Below, piece after piece: positions 1-10,170 of a stretch of DNA of 64,000 nt. A program made the position numbers and the translations under genes. The notes beneath the pieces were generated by a model. That model searched no databases and was not told the origin of the DNA. It saw nothing but the letters and a program-made list of their open reading frames with translations. Source of the DNA: an uncultured delta proteobacterium (lineage in GTDB: Bacteria > Myxococcota_A > Polyangia > Polyangiales > Polyangiaceae); contig CAWDXG010000001.1 in NCBI GenBank assembly GCA_963806225.1, forward strand, positions 928,001-992,000. The letters run 5' to 3'. Every line of letters starts with the position of its first letter. Within the stretch, counting starts at the first letter, position 1.

Positions 1-1
1 C

Positions 2-2371
2 CTCGCTCCACGGCGCGCCGTCGGGGCGAGCGCTGGCTCGGTTGTAGAGGATCCGGCGATCGCCGGGCCAGGCGAAGCCCCAGCCGTGGGCGTAGCGGCC
101 CTCGGCCTTGCGCTCGGCGGCGCGGTTCACGCCGTCCGGGCCGTACACGCCGGAGTAGATCCAGCAGCCGCACGCGGTCGAGCCGTCGGCGCAGAGCTCG
201 GGGAAGCCGCCGAGCTGCGGCCCGTGGTGCGGTCGGCCGCGGCGATCGACGGCGTGGACCAGGCCCTGTTCGCTGTCGCCCTGCTCGACGCGCCAGCCGT
301 TGATCTCGGCCAGCACGGCCGCCATCACCGGCTCGCCGTGCTCGTCCTCCGGGTACCACCAGTCGAGCGCGGAGAGCGGCGCATCGCGCGGATCGTCGGA
401 GGCCTCGGCCTTGGCTTTGAGGCGCAACGCCAGCTGGTGGACGAACCAGGCCTCGCTGCGTGCGTCGCCGGGCGGTTCGACGGCCTTCTCGCGCCACTGC
501 AAGAGGCGCTGCGTGTTGGTGAAGGCGCCTTCCTTCTCCGCGTGGCCGGCGCACGGGAAGAGGAACACCTCCGTGTCGATCTCTTCGGTGCGGAGCTCGC
601 CGCGGCGCACCTCGGGCGAGTCGTACCAGAAGCTGGCCGTCTCGATTTCCACCAGGTCGCGCACGACCAGCCACTTCAGGCGCGAGAGCGCCTTGCGCTC
701 GAGGCGGGCGTGCTGCGCGCCGACGGCGGGGTTCTGCCCCATCACGAACAGGCCCTCGAGCTTTCCGTCCATCATCTCGGTGAAGAACGAGAAGTGCGAG
801 TGGTCGCGCGTGAGCCGCGGCATGAAGGCAAAGCCGTGGTCGCTGTCTCCATTGGCGGCGGCGCCGTACCAGGCACGGAGCAGGCTCCGCACGTAGGCGT
901 CGATGTTGTTCCACAGCCCGCCCTTCTTCTTGCACTTGGCGATCCAGCCGGCGAGCGTATCGTGGCCCATACCGGTGCGCGGCATCGGCAGGTAGCCGGG
1001 CAGGATGTCGTAGAGCGTGGGGATGTCGGTCGAGCCCTGGATCGAGGCGTGACCGCGCAGCGCGAGGATGCCGCCGCCGGGGCGCCCCATGTTGCCGAGC
1101 AAGAGCTGCAGGATGGCGGCGGTGCGGATCACCTGCACGCCCTTGGAGTGCTGCGTCCAGCCGACCGCGTAGCAGATGGCGGCGGTCCTGTCCGGGCCGC
1201 TGGCCTTGCATAGCGCCTCGGCGACGCGCTCGAACAGCTCCTGCGGCACGCCGGCGACGCGTTCGACCATCTCCGGCGTGTAGCGGCTGAAGTGGCGGCT
1301 GAGCACATTGAGAACGCAGCGCGGGTGCTGGAGCGAGAGATCGCGTTCGGGGCGGGACAGATCGTCGCCCTGGTAGCGCCAGCTCGACGGGTCGTAGCGC
1401 TTCTCGTCCGGATTCCAGCCGGAAAACAGGCCGTCCAGATCCTCGGTGTCCTGGAACTCGTCCTTCAGGATGACCGAAGCGTTGGTGAAGTGGGCAACGT
1501 AGTCCTTGAAGTAGCGCTCGTTTTCCAGCGCGTAGCGCACCAGGCCGCCGAGGAACGCCAGGTCACCGCCCGCGCGGATCGGCACCCAGATGTCCGCCTG
1601 CGCGCTGGTGCGCGAAAAGCGCGGGTCGACGTGGATGACCGTCGCGCCGCGTTCCTTGGCGGCCATCACCCAGCGGAAAGCGACCGGATGCGCCTCGGCC
1701 ATGCTCGAGCCCTGGATCAGGATGCAGTCGGAGTTCGAGAGGTCCTGCGGCGCGGTGGTCGCTCCGCCGCGACCGAAGCTGGTGCCCAGACCGGGCACCG
1801 TGCTCGAGTGTCATATTCGAGCCTGGTTCGACACGGAGACCATGCCCAGGCCTCCGGTGAACAGCTTCTTGATCAGGTAGTTTTCCTCGTTGTCGAGCGT
1901 GGCGCCGCCCAGGTGCGCGACGGCGCTGGTGTGGTTCACCGGCTCGCCCTCGTGCCCGGTGACGAAGGTGCGGTGGCGCGAGTCCCAGACGCGCTCGGCC
2001 AGCATGTCCATCGCCTGTTCGAGCGGCAGCTCCTGCCACCGGGTCGCGCGCGGCGCGCGGTAGCGCACGTTGGTGATGCGGTTGGGCTGGGTGAGCAGCT
2101 GGTAGCTGGCGGCCCCCTTGGGGCACAGCGTGCCCTGGTTGATGGGGCTCTCCGGATCGCCTTCGATGGAGACGAGCTTGCCGCCCTTGTGTGGATCGAG
2201 CTGGCCGCAGCCGACGGCGCAGTAGGGACAGACGGAGCGCGCCGTTTCGGTGTCGCTCGTGCGGGCGCGGAGCGCGCGGGTCTTCGCGCTCATCGCCTCT
2301 TCGCCGGTGCCGTCGGCGCGGCGCGCGATCTGTCGGAGGAGCGGCCACTGGGCGAGGAGCTTGAGCACCAT
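2..2371 (-). CDS. fdnG: Selenocysteine-containing formate dehydrogenase alpha (Mo/W-bisPGD) subunit; 3' end runs off the window
   Basis: The ORF ending SNQARI stops at TGA (1811-1813). The same frame continues HSSTVPGLGTSFGRGGAT...MAEAHPVAFRW...ALRGHASIQG...RRILYNRAS to the window edge. It has the CPYCAVGC...LCPKG Fe-S motif. ATG at 2371. Confidence 0.92.
1781..1799 (-). promoter_or_regulatory. Bacterial SECIS element
   Basis: Minus-strand GGTGCCC-GGTCT-GGGCACC is a perfect 7-bp hairpin starting 11 nt after the in-frame UGA. Spacing and the GGUCU loop match the E. coli fdhF SECIS. Confidence 0.88.
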
Positions 2372-2565
2372 GGCCGCCCAGACTAGGGCAGGCGCGGCGC
2401 TGCCCGCAACGGGGCGGTTGCGTGGAATCGTCACGCGTGGGAGATGGCAGCACACGGTGGCCCTCGCTCGAGCCGGCCGATTTGCGCCGACAATCTGCTG
2501 CGTGCGACCATGCGCTCCGGACCTGGGCGCCGAAGCGCTCGTCGGCTGGACTGGAGCTCTGGAGC

Positions 2566-4069
2566 ATGGACGCGGCTGCGCGCCGGCTTGGATGGTTTGC
2601 AGTGTTTGCGGCGTTCGTCGCGGTCGCGGTGCTGTCCGTCACGGCGCCGGCGACCGGAGTCCGGCCTCCGCCTACGTGTGGAACCAGGCGCAGGCGGCGT
2701 TCGCGAGCGGGTCCTGGCGCTGGCTCCTGGGCGCCTGCGCCGTGGCGACTGGGGTTTGCGGTCGTGGCCAGCCTGGCCGAGCTGCTTGGTGGCGCCGCGG
2801 TCGGTCTCGACCCCTGCGGAGCTCGGATCCATCGAGGGCGGCAGTCTGCGCGAGGCTCTGATCGAGATCCGGAAGCGCATCCAGGACTCGGCGGGTGGGG
2901 CACGCGTCGACGTGGTCGGCGCGTTCGACCAGTTGTTGCGCGGCGCCGTCTCGCTCTCGGCGAGCGACCTCCACATCTCGCCGACGCCCGGCGGGCTCAA
3001 GCTGACCTACCGCGTGCACGGGACTCTGCACGACGTGGCGACCCTGCCGCTCGAGGTGGGCGCGCCGCTGACCACGCGCATCAAGGTGCTGGCGCGCCTC
3101 GACACGTACGTGCACGGCGCGCCGCAGGATGGACGCCTGGTGGCGGAGGTGGACGGCGGCAGCGTCGAGGCCCGGGTCTCCACGCTGCCTACCGAGATCG
3201 GCGAGCGCATCGTGCTCAGGCTCGTGCGCGGCAGTCGCACCGTGCCGGATCTGGACGCGCTCGGTTTTGGCAGCGAGGTTCACGACGGGCTTCGCGACGT
3301 TCTGGCGCGACCGCAGGGGCTCTTGTTCGTGACCGGGCCGGTCGGTAGCGGCAAGACCACCACGCTCTACTCGTCGCTCAAGCACATTGCCGCCACGCGC
3401 GGCAGCACAACCAGCCTGGTGACGCTGGAGGATCCCATCGAGCTGGAGCTGCCGTTCGCCACCCAGACGCAGATGCATCCGCGCGCGGGGATGACGTTCG
3501 CAAGCGTGTTGCGCAGCGTGCTGCGGCAGGACCCCAACGTGCTGATGGTGGGCGAGATCCGCGATCGCGAGACGGCCGACATCGCGATGCAGGCCGGGCT
3601 CACGGGCCACTTGATCCTGACCACGGTGCATGGCGAAAGCGCAGCGGGGCCTTTCGCACGGCTTATCGACATGGACGTCGAGCCGTTCGTGCTGGCGAGT
3701 GCGACCCTCGGCTGTCTGTCGCAGCGCCTGGTGAGAACGTTGTGCACGGCGTGTCGCCGCGAGGCAAAACCCGAGCCGATCATTGTGGAGCGATTCGCGG
3801 CGCACGGCGTGGTGCTGTCGCCGTCCACGTACTACGAGCCCGTCGGCTGTGACTTCTGCGAAGGGCAGGGATTCACGGGGCGGCTTCCGATCGGGGAGCT
3901 TCTGGTGGTGGGCGCGAAACTCCGCGCGCTGGTCAACGAACGCCACGCCACGCGGGAGTTGTACGACGTTGCGGTTGCCGAGGGCATGACGCCGATCCTG
4001 CGCGACGGGCTTTCAAGGGCGGAGCGCGGCGAGACCTCACTGGCCGAGGTGCTGCGGGTGGTGGGATGA
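2566..4069 (+). CDS. GspE/PilB-family traffic ATPase; hydrophobic N-terminus appears split by indels
   Basis: ASDLHI, PQDGR, Walker A GPVGSGKT, LEDPIE, LRQDPNVLMVGEIRD, TGHLILTTVH and two CxxC motifs. The start is uncertain: the ATG at 2566 is in a different frame from the ATPase core. Confidence 0.85.
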
Positions 4070-4512
4070 AAGCGTCGACCCGTGCAGGCGTTGTCAAGCT
4101 TGCGGCCGCAAGCCGCCTCGGCGCGACCGTGCTGGTCGCGCTCGCGGCGGTCCGGGTCGCCGTCGTCGCGACGCTCGGTGCCGTGAGCGCCCACGCGCCC
4201 GGGCTTGCGACGTCGACTGCGCCGCCACCGGTAGCGGCGAGCGCGTCGCCGGTGGACAGCTCGCGTGCCGGGCGAGTCCAGAAGGCAACCGGGACGTCCG
4301 GCAAGTCGGTGCTGGTGAACCTGGTGGTGACCGTCGGGGGGCGCTCCGAGGTCTATGTGGACCAAGGTTTCGTCGGCAAATCGCCCTATATCGGCGATGT
4401 CTCCTGCAAGGTTGGCGGCACGGTGACCATCCAGGTCGTCCCCGCCAAGGGCGCGCCGCGCGTGTTCAAGCGCGCGTGCGTCGAGGGCGGGACGATACAG
4501 ATCGGCGATTGA
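4066..4512 (+). CDS. Exported/membrane-anchored protein with a PEGA-like C-terminal domain
   Basis: ATGA overlap with the ATPase gene; hydrophobic N-terminus; SEVYVDQGFVGKSP is PEGA-like. Confidence 0.6.
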   Translation: MKASTRAGVVKLAAASRLGATVLVALAAVRVAVVATLGAVSAHAPGLATSTAPPPVAASASPVDSSRAGRVQKATGTSGKSVLVNLVVTVGGRSEVYVDQGFVGKSPYIGDVSCKVGGTVTIQVVPAKGAPRVFKRACVEGGTIQIGD

Positions 4513-4560
4513 CGGCAAAGCGCGTTGTGCCGCGGCACAGGTTCGATGTAGGTAGGGCTC

Positions 4561-4917
4561 GTGACGGTGAAGGTCTACCAATATCCGAAATGCGGTACGT
4601 GCCGGAAGGCGCTCAAGTGGCTGGACGCTCGGGGCGTCGACTACCAGTCGATCGATATCGTGGAGCGACCTCCGTCGAAGACGGCTATCAAGCAGCTCGT
4701 GAAGCGCTCCGGGCTTCCCGTCCAGAAGTGGTTCAATACGTCGGGCCAGTCGTATCGCCAGGGCGGGTTCAAACAGAAGCTCGAGACGATGTCGGAGGCG
4801 CAGGCCATCGACGCACTGGCCGCCGACGGCAAGCTCATCAAGCGTCCAGTGATTGCGGGCGACGGCTTCGTGCTGGTCGGCTTCAACGAGGCGGCGTACA
4901 AGGCGCGTCTGGGCTAG
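4561..4917 (+). CDS. ArsC/Spx (YffB-like) family protein
   Basis: YQYPKCGTCRKALKWL, FNTSG, LIKRP and VGFNE motifs. Confidence 0.9.
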   Translation: MTVKVYQYPKCGTCRKALKWLDARGVDYQSIDIVERPPSKTAIKQLVKRSGLPVQKWFNTSGQSYRQGGFKQKLETMSEAQAIDALAADGKLIKRPVIAGDGFVLVGFNEAAYKARLG

Positions 4918-6164
4918 CCGTCTCGCGCCGCCTCGCGATACGTCTCGAGGTGCAGTGCTGCGGAGCGATCCCAGGAAAACGCGCGCGCGCGCTCGGGGCC
5001 GCGTGCGGAGAGCTCCGCGGCGAGCGGGCGGTCCTGCGTGACGCGTTCGAGGGCGCTGCAGAGCTCGGCGGTGTCGAGCGGGACGTGCAACGCGGCCCCG
5101 CCCAGCACCTCGACGAGCGGGGCGATGTTGCTGGCGACGACCGGCGTGCCGCAGGCGAGCGCTTCGAGTGCGGGAAGGCCGAAGCCCTCGTAGCGCGAGA
5201 ACTGCACGAGCGCGCGCGCTCCCGAAAGCACGTGGACCACCGCATCGTCGGCGAGCCGCGCGGGGAAGACGACGCGGTGGGCCACGCCCAGCTCGCGGGC
5301 CCGCACATCGAGCGGCGCCGAGCCGAGCACGCCGACGCGTCGTCCGCGGTAGAGCCGCTGCAGCACGACCAGATGCATGCGCTCGTCGAGAGCCGCCGCC
5401 GCGAAAGCTTCGAGGACTGCGCGTTGGTTCTTGCTGGGCGTATTCTGGCCGACGACGAGCAGATAGGGGCCGTCGATGCCGAGCAGAGTGCGTGCGGCGT
5501 GCTCGGCGCGCGCGCGGTCTGGTGGCGGACGGAAGCGGGCTTCGATGCCGTGCGGGATAACGCGCACGCGGCGCGAGCTGCCCGGAGCCCTGCGCGTGAT
5601 GACGTCGGCTGTGGAGTGTGAGATGGCGACCAGGCGCGTTGCCGTGCGGAGCGCGCGGAGGATTCCGTCGCGGTAGAAGGCCGCCTTGAACGGCGTCGCC
5701 GGCGACAGACCCTCGGACAGGGCGGGCGACTCGAGCCACATCAGGTCGTGGATGGTCACCACCGTCGGGCAGGCGATGCCGCGGCCCAGAATGTTGAACG
5801 GCGCGTGCAGTACGTCGATGCCGGACAGATCGACGAGCCGGGACGGGGTGAGCAGCGTGGACAGTCCGTTCGCCGGGGCGCGGACCGTGCGTTCCCGTAC
5901 GTTGGGCAGCGGCGAGAGCGGCAGCGTAGCCCGCGGATCCACCCAGAGCTGGAAGCGCGCCGCGGGCGCGAGCGCCGGCAGCCGGTCGACCAGCGCCTGC
6001 ACGTACGCACCAATGCCGCTTGGTCGCTCGCGGATGTAGCGGCAATCGATCGACACCGCGAGGCCGCGGCTTTGGCTCATCCGCGGATGCAGCGTGGGAC
6101 CCGGAAGAGGCAACGCTGCCGGCGGGGGCGGAACAGAGACGGGCTTGCGGAAACCGAGCATCAT
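4914..6164 (-). CDS. GT4-family glycosyltransferase
   Basis: SGIGAYV, VVTIHDL, KNQ and EGFGLPALEALACGTPVVAS; ATGA overlap with the upstream radical SAM gene. Confidence 0.9.
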   Translation of the reverse strand: MMLGFRKPVSVPPPPAALPLPGPTLHPRMSQSRGLAVSIDCRYIRERPSGIGAYVQALVDRLPALAPAARFQLWVDPRATLPLSPLPNVRERTVRAPANGLSTLLTPSRLVDLSGIDVLHAPFNILGRGIACPTVVTIHDLMWLESPALSEGLSPATPFKAAFYRDGILRALRTATRLVAISHSTADVITRRAPGSSRRVRVIPHGIEARFRPPPDRARAEHAARTLLGIDGPYLLVVGQNTPSKNQRAVLEAFAAAALDERMHLVVLQRLYRGRRVGVLGSAPLDVRARELGVAHRVVFPARLADDAVVHVLSGARALVQFSRYEGFGLPALEALACGTPVVASNIAPLVEVLGGAALHVPLDTAELCSALERVTQDRPLAAELSARGPERARAFSWDRSAALHLETYREAARDG

Positions 6165-7177
6165 GCGACCACCGGTAAACGTCGGCTGGGAGGCCCGGGA
6201 GGAACGTGCACCGAGCGCGGCGGCAGCATGCGGTGGAAGTGGCCGCCCCAGGCGTAGTTTTCCTCGACGACGCGAGCACACCAACACTGCGTGCAGCCTT
6301 TCCGGACCAGACCCTCGAACGCTTTGCGGGCGCCCAGCCGCACGACGTTGTGCGACAGGTCGCTGCGGTCCACCTGGCCGCAGTGGAAAAGATTGCCTTC
6401 CGGGTCGAGCGTGGCGTTGATCCAGCCGGCGGCGCAGGGCAGGGTCACGTCCCGCGGAAAGTCGAGGAAGTGGCGGAGGCTGGCCCAGCCGTTCGCGATG
6501 GAGGGGCTGCCGGCGAGCTTGAGCTCCGAGAGCCGCGCGAACACTCGTCGGAGCTCGGCCGCCTCGAGCTGGAAGCCGGAGCCGTCCCGCGCTTTGTCGA
6601 GGAACAGACTATTTCGCGCGGGCTGGAACACGATGCGGAAGTGACGCGCATCGGCGAACTCGACCAGCTCCTCGATGTGCCCGGCGTTGTGCTGTCCCAC
6701 AACGCAGGTGAGCTCGACGTCGACGCCCGCGTGGCGTGCCACGATCGCACCGTTGATGGCTTTCTGCCATGAGCCTTCGCCCCGCATGGCGTCGTGGCAG
6801 TCGGGGGGCCCGTCGAGGCTGAGCTTGACCTTCGAGAGCAGGCGCACCGTCGCGACCTTGCGGGGCACCAGTACGCCGTTGGTGTTCATGTAGATGCGGA
6901 CCCCGCGCTGCGCCAGGAACGCGGCGACCTCGTCGACGTGCCGGTGCGCGAGCGGCTCACCGCCATCGAGCGAGACGTGGCGCATTCCAAGCGCGTAGAG
7001 GCCGCCCAGCGCATCCAGGATCTGCTCGCGCGTCATCTCCTGCGGCCCGGGCGTGTGGCGGTCGCAGTAGCGGCACTCGAGATTGCAGAGGTGCGTGAGC
7101 TCGAATCCGACGGAAATCGGCGCGGGCTTGAGCCCGACGCGCGCAGCGGCGCCCCGCGCGATGCTGGACAGTGCCAT
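6161..7177 (-). CDS. Radical SAM protein with SPASM/twitch-like C-terminus
   Basis: CNLECRYC (CX3CX2C), GGEPL, TNG, SLDG; C-terminal CAAG...PEGNLFHC...CTQCWC. Confidence 0.9.
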   Translation of the reverse strand: MALSSIARGAAARVGLKPAPISVGFELTHLCNLECRYCDRHTPGPQEMTREQILDALGGLYALGMRHVSLDGGEPLAHRHVDEVAAFLAQRGVRIYMNTNGVLVPRKVATVRLLSKVKLSLDGPPDCHDAMRGEGSWQKAINGAIVARHAGVDVELTCVVGQHNAGHIEELVEFADARHFRIVFQPARNSLFLDKARDGSGFQLEAAELRRVFARLSELKLAGSPSIANGWASLRHFLDFPRDVTLPCAAGWINATLDPEGNLFHCGQVDRSDLSHNVVRLGARKAFEGLVRKGCTQCWCARVVEENYAWGGHFHRMLPPRSVHVPPGPPSRRLPVVA

Positions 7178-7408
7178 CGAACGCTCCTTGTCAGGCGCGC
7201 GTCGGCGCGCCGGTTGTTTCGTGCGGTGCCCCGGGGTCCGCTAGAGCCGCATTCTGCAATGCGCATGCCGCCGCGAATGCCGGCGTTTGCCGGGCTTTGC
7301 GCGCGGGTCCACGCGCGGCTTCGTGGTGGAGCCGCACGCCTGTGCTTCTCCGGCACAGCAGAGCCGTGCCGTTGCGCCGGTGAGGGCGATGCGTGCATGC
7401 TGCTCCCC

Positions 7409-8068
7409 ATGGCTGCACGGACCGCCTGCCTGCTCGCTCTGTGTCTGCTGCCGGCTTGCGCTTCCGGGCGGACGTCGGCGCAGACCGCCGACCAACCGGT
7501 GGGCTTCAGCAAGGCCCCTCCGTCCGGGTCAGGGACGGATGCCGGTCACGGCACCGCGGACGCATCCCCAGGGGAGCCAGTGCCGGTGGCAGCGTCCGGG
7601 GCGGCGAAAGCGCCGCAGTTCCAGCCAGTCAGGCCGCTGGGCTGCGAGCCGATCGCTGGCTCGGTGAAGTTCCGGACCTGGCCTATCGACGCGCGGTGCC
7701 GCTCGCTGGCGAGCAAGCATGTGCCGCGCGACTCCGTCGGCGCGGACCTGCAGGTCGGCATTCTGGTAGCCGGCAGCGCCGAAGGATTCCGCGGCGCGTT
7801 GGGCTGCGAGCCGCCGCCCGCTGTGGACTTCTCGACACAGCGCCTCGTGACCTACTCGTTCGTCCACGACTCGAACCGGGTCTACTCGCTCGCGGGCGTC
7901 GTACGGAAGGGGGGCGAGCTGCACCTCGTGTTCGATATCCGCAAGGTCTGCCAGGGAATACCCCCCGAAGCCCAGCGCACCGTCCGGCTTATTGCCATCC
8001 CACCGGGGACGGAGCCGATTCGAGTGGCTTTCTGCAACCACCGGACGAGCTGTGGACCCGTGCCCTGA
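7409..8068 (+). CDS. Putative lipoprotein with a PrcB-C-like domain
   Basis: Lipobox-like LLALCLLPAC; PAVDFSTQRLV motif followed by beta-rich segments. Confidence 0.55.
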   Translation: MAARTACLLALCLLPACASGRTSAQTADQPVGFSKAPPSGSGTDAGHGTADASPGEPVPVAASGAAKAPQFQPVRPLGCEPIAGSVKFRTWPIDARCRSLASKHVPRDSVGADLQVGILVAGSAEGFRGALGCEPPPAVDFSTQRLVTYSFVHDSNRVYSLAGVVRKGGELHLVFDIRKVCQGIPPEAQRTVRLIAIPPGTEPIRVAFCNHRTSCGPVP

Positions 8069-8144
8069 AGCAGGTTCCCGACAGAGCGATTCAAGGCGCC
8101 GATTGGTGGCGCGCCGGGCACAGCCGGGCTAGAGCGGAGAACGG

Positions 8145-10067
8145 ATGTCGGACGAGCATACCGGCGACACATCTCACGGGCTCGAGCCGGGGACTATCTG
8201 GCCCCTCCTGCGTGAAATTCTCGCGAATTCGCCGGATGCGATCGGGATATCGAGCGATTGGCGGCTCCGTGTCGTCAACCCCGCTCTGGTGAAGATGTTC
8301 GGCTTCAGCGACGCGTCGGAGATGATCGGGCTGTCCATCTTCGATCTGCTGGCGCCGCAGGCGCGTGAAACGATTGTCGAGTTCGTCCGCCGTCGCGATG
8401 CTGGCGAGCAGGTCCCGCCCACCTACGTTACCACCGCATGCGCGCGTGACGGTCGGGAGTTCGCGATGGAAGTGCGCAGCGCAGTCTTCAGCCTGTTCGG
8501 CTCGACGTGCTCCATGACCCTCGTGCGTGACGTGAGCGAGGCACAGGCGTCGCGCCGCGCCTTGAAGCAGGGCGAAGACTTCTACCGTGCACTCTTCGAG
8601 GTCAACACGGCAGTGAAACTGCTGCTCTCGCCGACCACGGGTCGGATCGTCGATGCGAACCAGGCGGCCGTGGACTTCTACGGCTGGCCGCTCGACACGC
8701 TCAAGACGATGCGCATCACGGACATCAACATGCTGAACCGTGACGAGACGATCGCCGAGATGCAGAATGCGCGCAGCGGACGGCGCCGCTATTTCCGTTT
8801 CCGTCACCGGACGGCAAGCGGAGATGTCCGTCACGTGGAGGTCCACTCGGGGCCGGTGGTGATCGAGGACGAGAACCTGCTGCTCTCCATTGTCCACGAC
8901 GTGACGGAGCGGAATCTGCTCGAAGAGCAGCTCCGGAGGTCGCAACGGCTGGAGGCGATCGGACAGCTTGCCGGGGGTGTCGCACACGATTTCAACAATC
9001 TGCTCACCGTGATGATGAGCTCGGCGGAGCTCGTGTCACGCCGTCTGCCGGCGGGCTCGCCGCTCCAGCAGCACCTCGACGATCTCGGGCATGCCGCCGG
9101 ACGTGCCGCGGAGCTCACGCGGGAGCTCCTTGCGTTCAGCCGCAGGCAGCGGATGCAGCCGGCGGCAGTCAATCTCAACGACGTCGTGGCGCGCATGCGC
9201 GGTCTGCTGGAGCGCACTCTGGGCTCCACAATCACCGTGAAGAGTGTTCTCGATCCGGATCTCCCGGCGGCGCGCGCCGATCCCAGCCAGCTCGAGCAGG
9301 TCGTGATGAACCTGGCGCTCAACGCGCGGGACGCGATGGAACAGGGCGGCCAGCTTGAGCTTTCCACGCAGCTCGTCGAGGTCAACGGAGCGGATCGCCG
9401 TGGCATTCCTGCAGGGCGTTGGGTGAGCCTGGGCGTGGAGGACGAAGGTCGCGGCATGGACGAGCAGACGCGCCAGCGGGTGTTCGAACCCTTCTTCACG
9501 ACGAAGGAGGCGGGGCGCGGCACCGGTCTCGGCCTTTCGACGGTGTACGGCATCGTCACACAGAGCGGCGGACACATTGCCGTCGAGAGCGAACCCGAGC
9601 GCGGTAGCAGGTTCGAGGTCTTTCTGCCTGTTGCGGACGCCGCAAGCCAGGTGCCGGAAGATGCGCCCCGGCCATCGTCGCGGCGCCGCTACACGGCGGG
9701 GACCGTGCTCCTTGTGGACGACATGCCTCACGTGCGTGCGCCGCTCGTGCGCTGCCTGGAAGAGGCGGGCTTCGAGGTGCTCGAGGCAGGTTCGACTGAA
9801 GAAGCGCTCGCTCTTCCGGCGGCGGCGCTAGAGCAGTTGGATGCCGTCGTATCGGATGTGGTGATGCCCGGGCGGTCCGGGATCGAGCTCTGTCGCGAGC
9901 TTCTGGCGCTCAAGCCCGGGCTCGGCGTGGTCCTCGTGTCCGGCGACCTGCGCCACCACGGTACGTCCCGTCTGCTGCACGGAGTGCGATTTTTGCAGAA
10001 ACCGTTCACGGGACAGCGTCTGCTCGATGAGCTCGATCATGCGCTGGGCGGTGGAACGGAGGCGTAG
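8145..10067 (+). CDS. Hybrid sensor histidine kinase (PAS-PAS-HisKA-HATPase-REC)
   Basis: Two PAS segments, H-box GGVAHDFNNLL, NLALNARDAM, FEPFFTTK, GTGLGL; receiver LLVDD...SDVVMPG...FLQKPF. Confidence 0.95.
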   Translation: MSDEHTGDTSHGLEPGTIWPLLREILANSPDAIGISSDWRLRVVNPALVKMFGFSDASEMIGLSIFDLLAPQARETIVEFVRRRDAGEQVPPTYVTTACARDGREFAMEVRSAVFSLFGSTCSMTLVRDVSEAQASRRALKQGEDFYRALFEVNTAVKLLLSPTTGRIVDANQAAVDFYGWPLDTLKTMRITDINMLNRDETIAEMQNARSGRRRYFRFRHRTASGDVRHVEVHSGPVVIEDENLLLSIVHDVTERNLLEEQLRRSQRLEAIGQLAGGVAHDFNNLLTVMMSSAELVSRRLPAGSPLQQHLDDLGHAAGRAAELTRELLAFSRRQRMQPAAVNLNDVVARMRGLLERTLGSTITVKSVLDPDLPAARADPSQLEQVVMNLALNARDAMEQGGQLELSTQLVEVNGADRRGIPAGRWVSLGVEDEGRGMDEQTRQRVFEPFFTTKEAGRGTGLGLSTVYGIVTQSGGHIAVESEPERGSRFEVFLPVADAASQVPEDAPRPSSRRRYTAGTVLLVDDMPHVRAPLVRCLEEAGFEVLEAGSTEEALALPAAALEQLDAVVSDVVMPGRSGIELCRELLALKPGLGVVLVSGDLRHHGTSRLLHGVRFLQKPFTGQRLLDELDHALGGGTEA

Positions 10068-10170
10068 CCCGAGCGACGGCGTTGCAGGTCGAACCGGGTG
10101 CGCGGATCGCGCGGGTTCGCGTACACTGGCCCCGAGGCTCGAACCGCGGCAGCGCGGCCTGGAGGCAGGA

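Noticed and set aside
86..2386. Long plus-strand ORFs 86-1213 and 1292-2386
   Set aside because: They are antisense shadows of the FDH gene. Long spurious ORFs are expected at this GC content, and the same applies to 15175-17421, 40719-43706 and 46821-49514.
1811..2455. FDH as a truncated gene or pseudogene
   Set aside because: The stop is the Sec UGA with a SECIS, and the frame continues intact.
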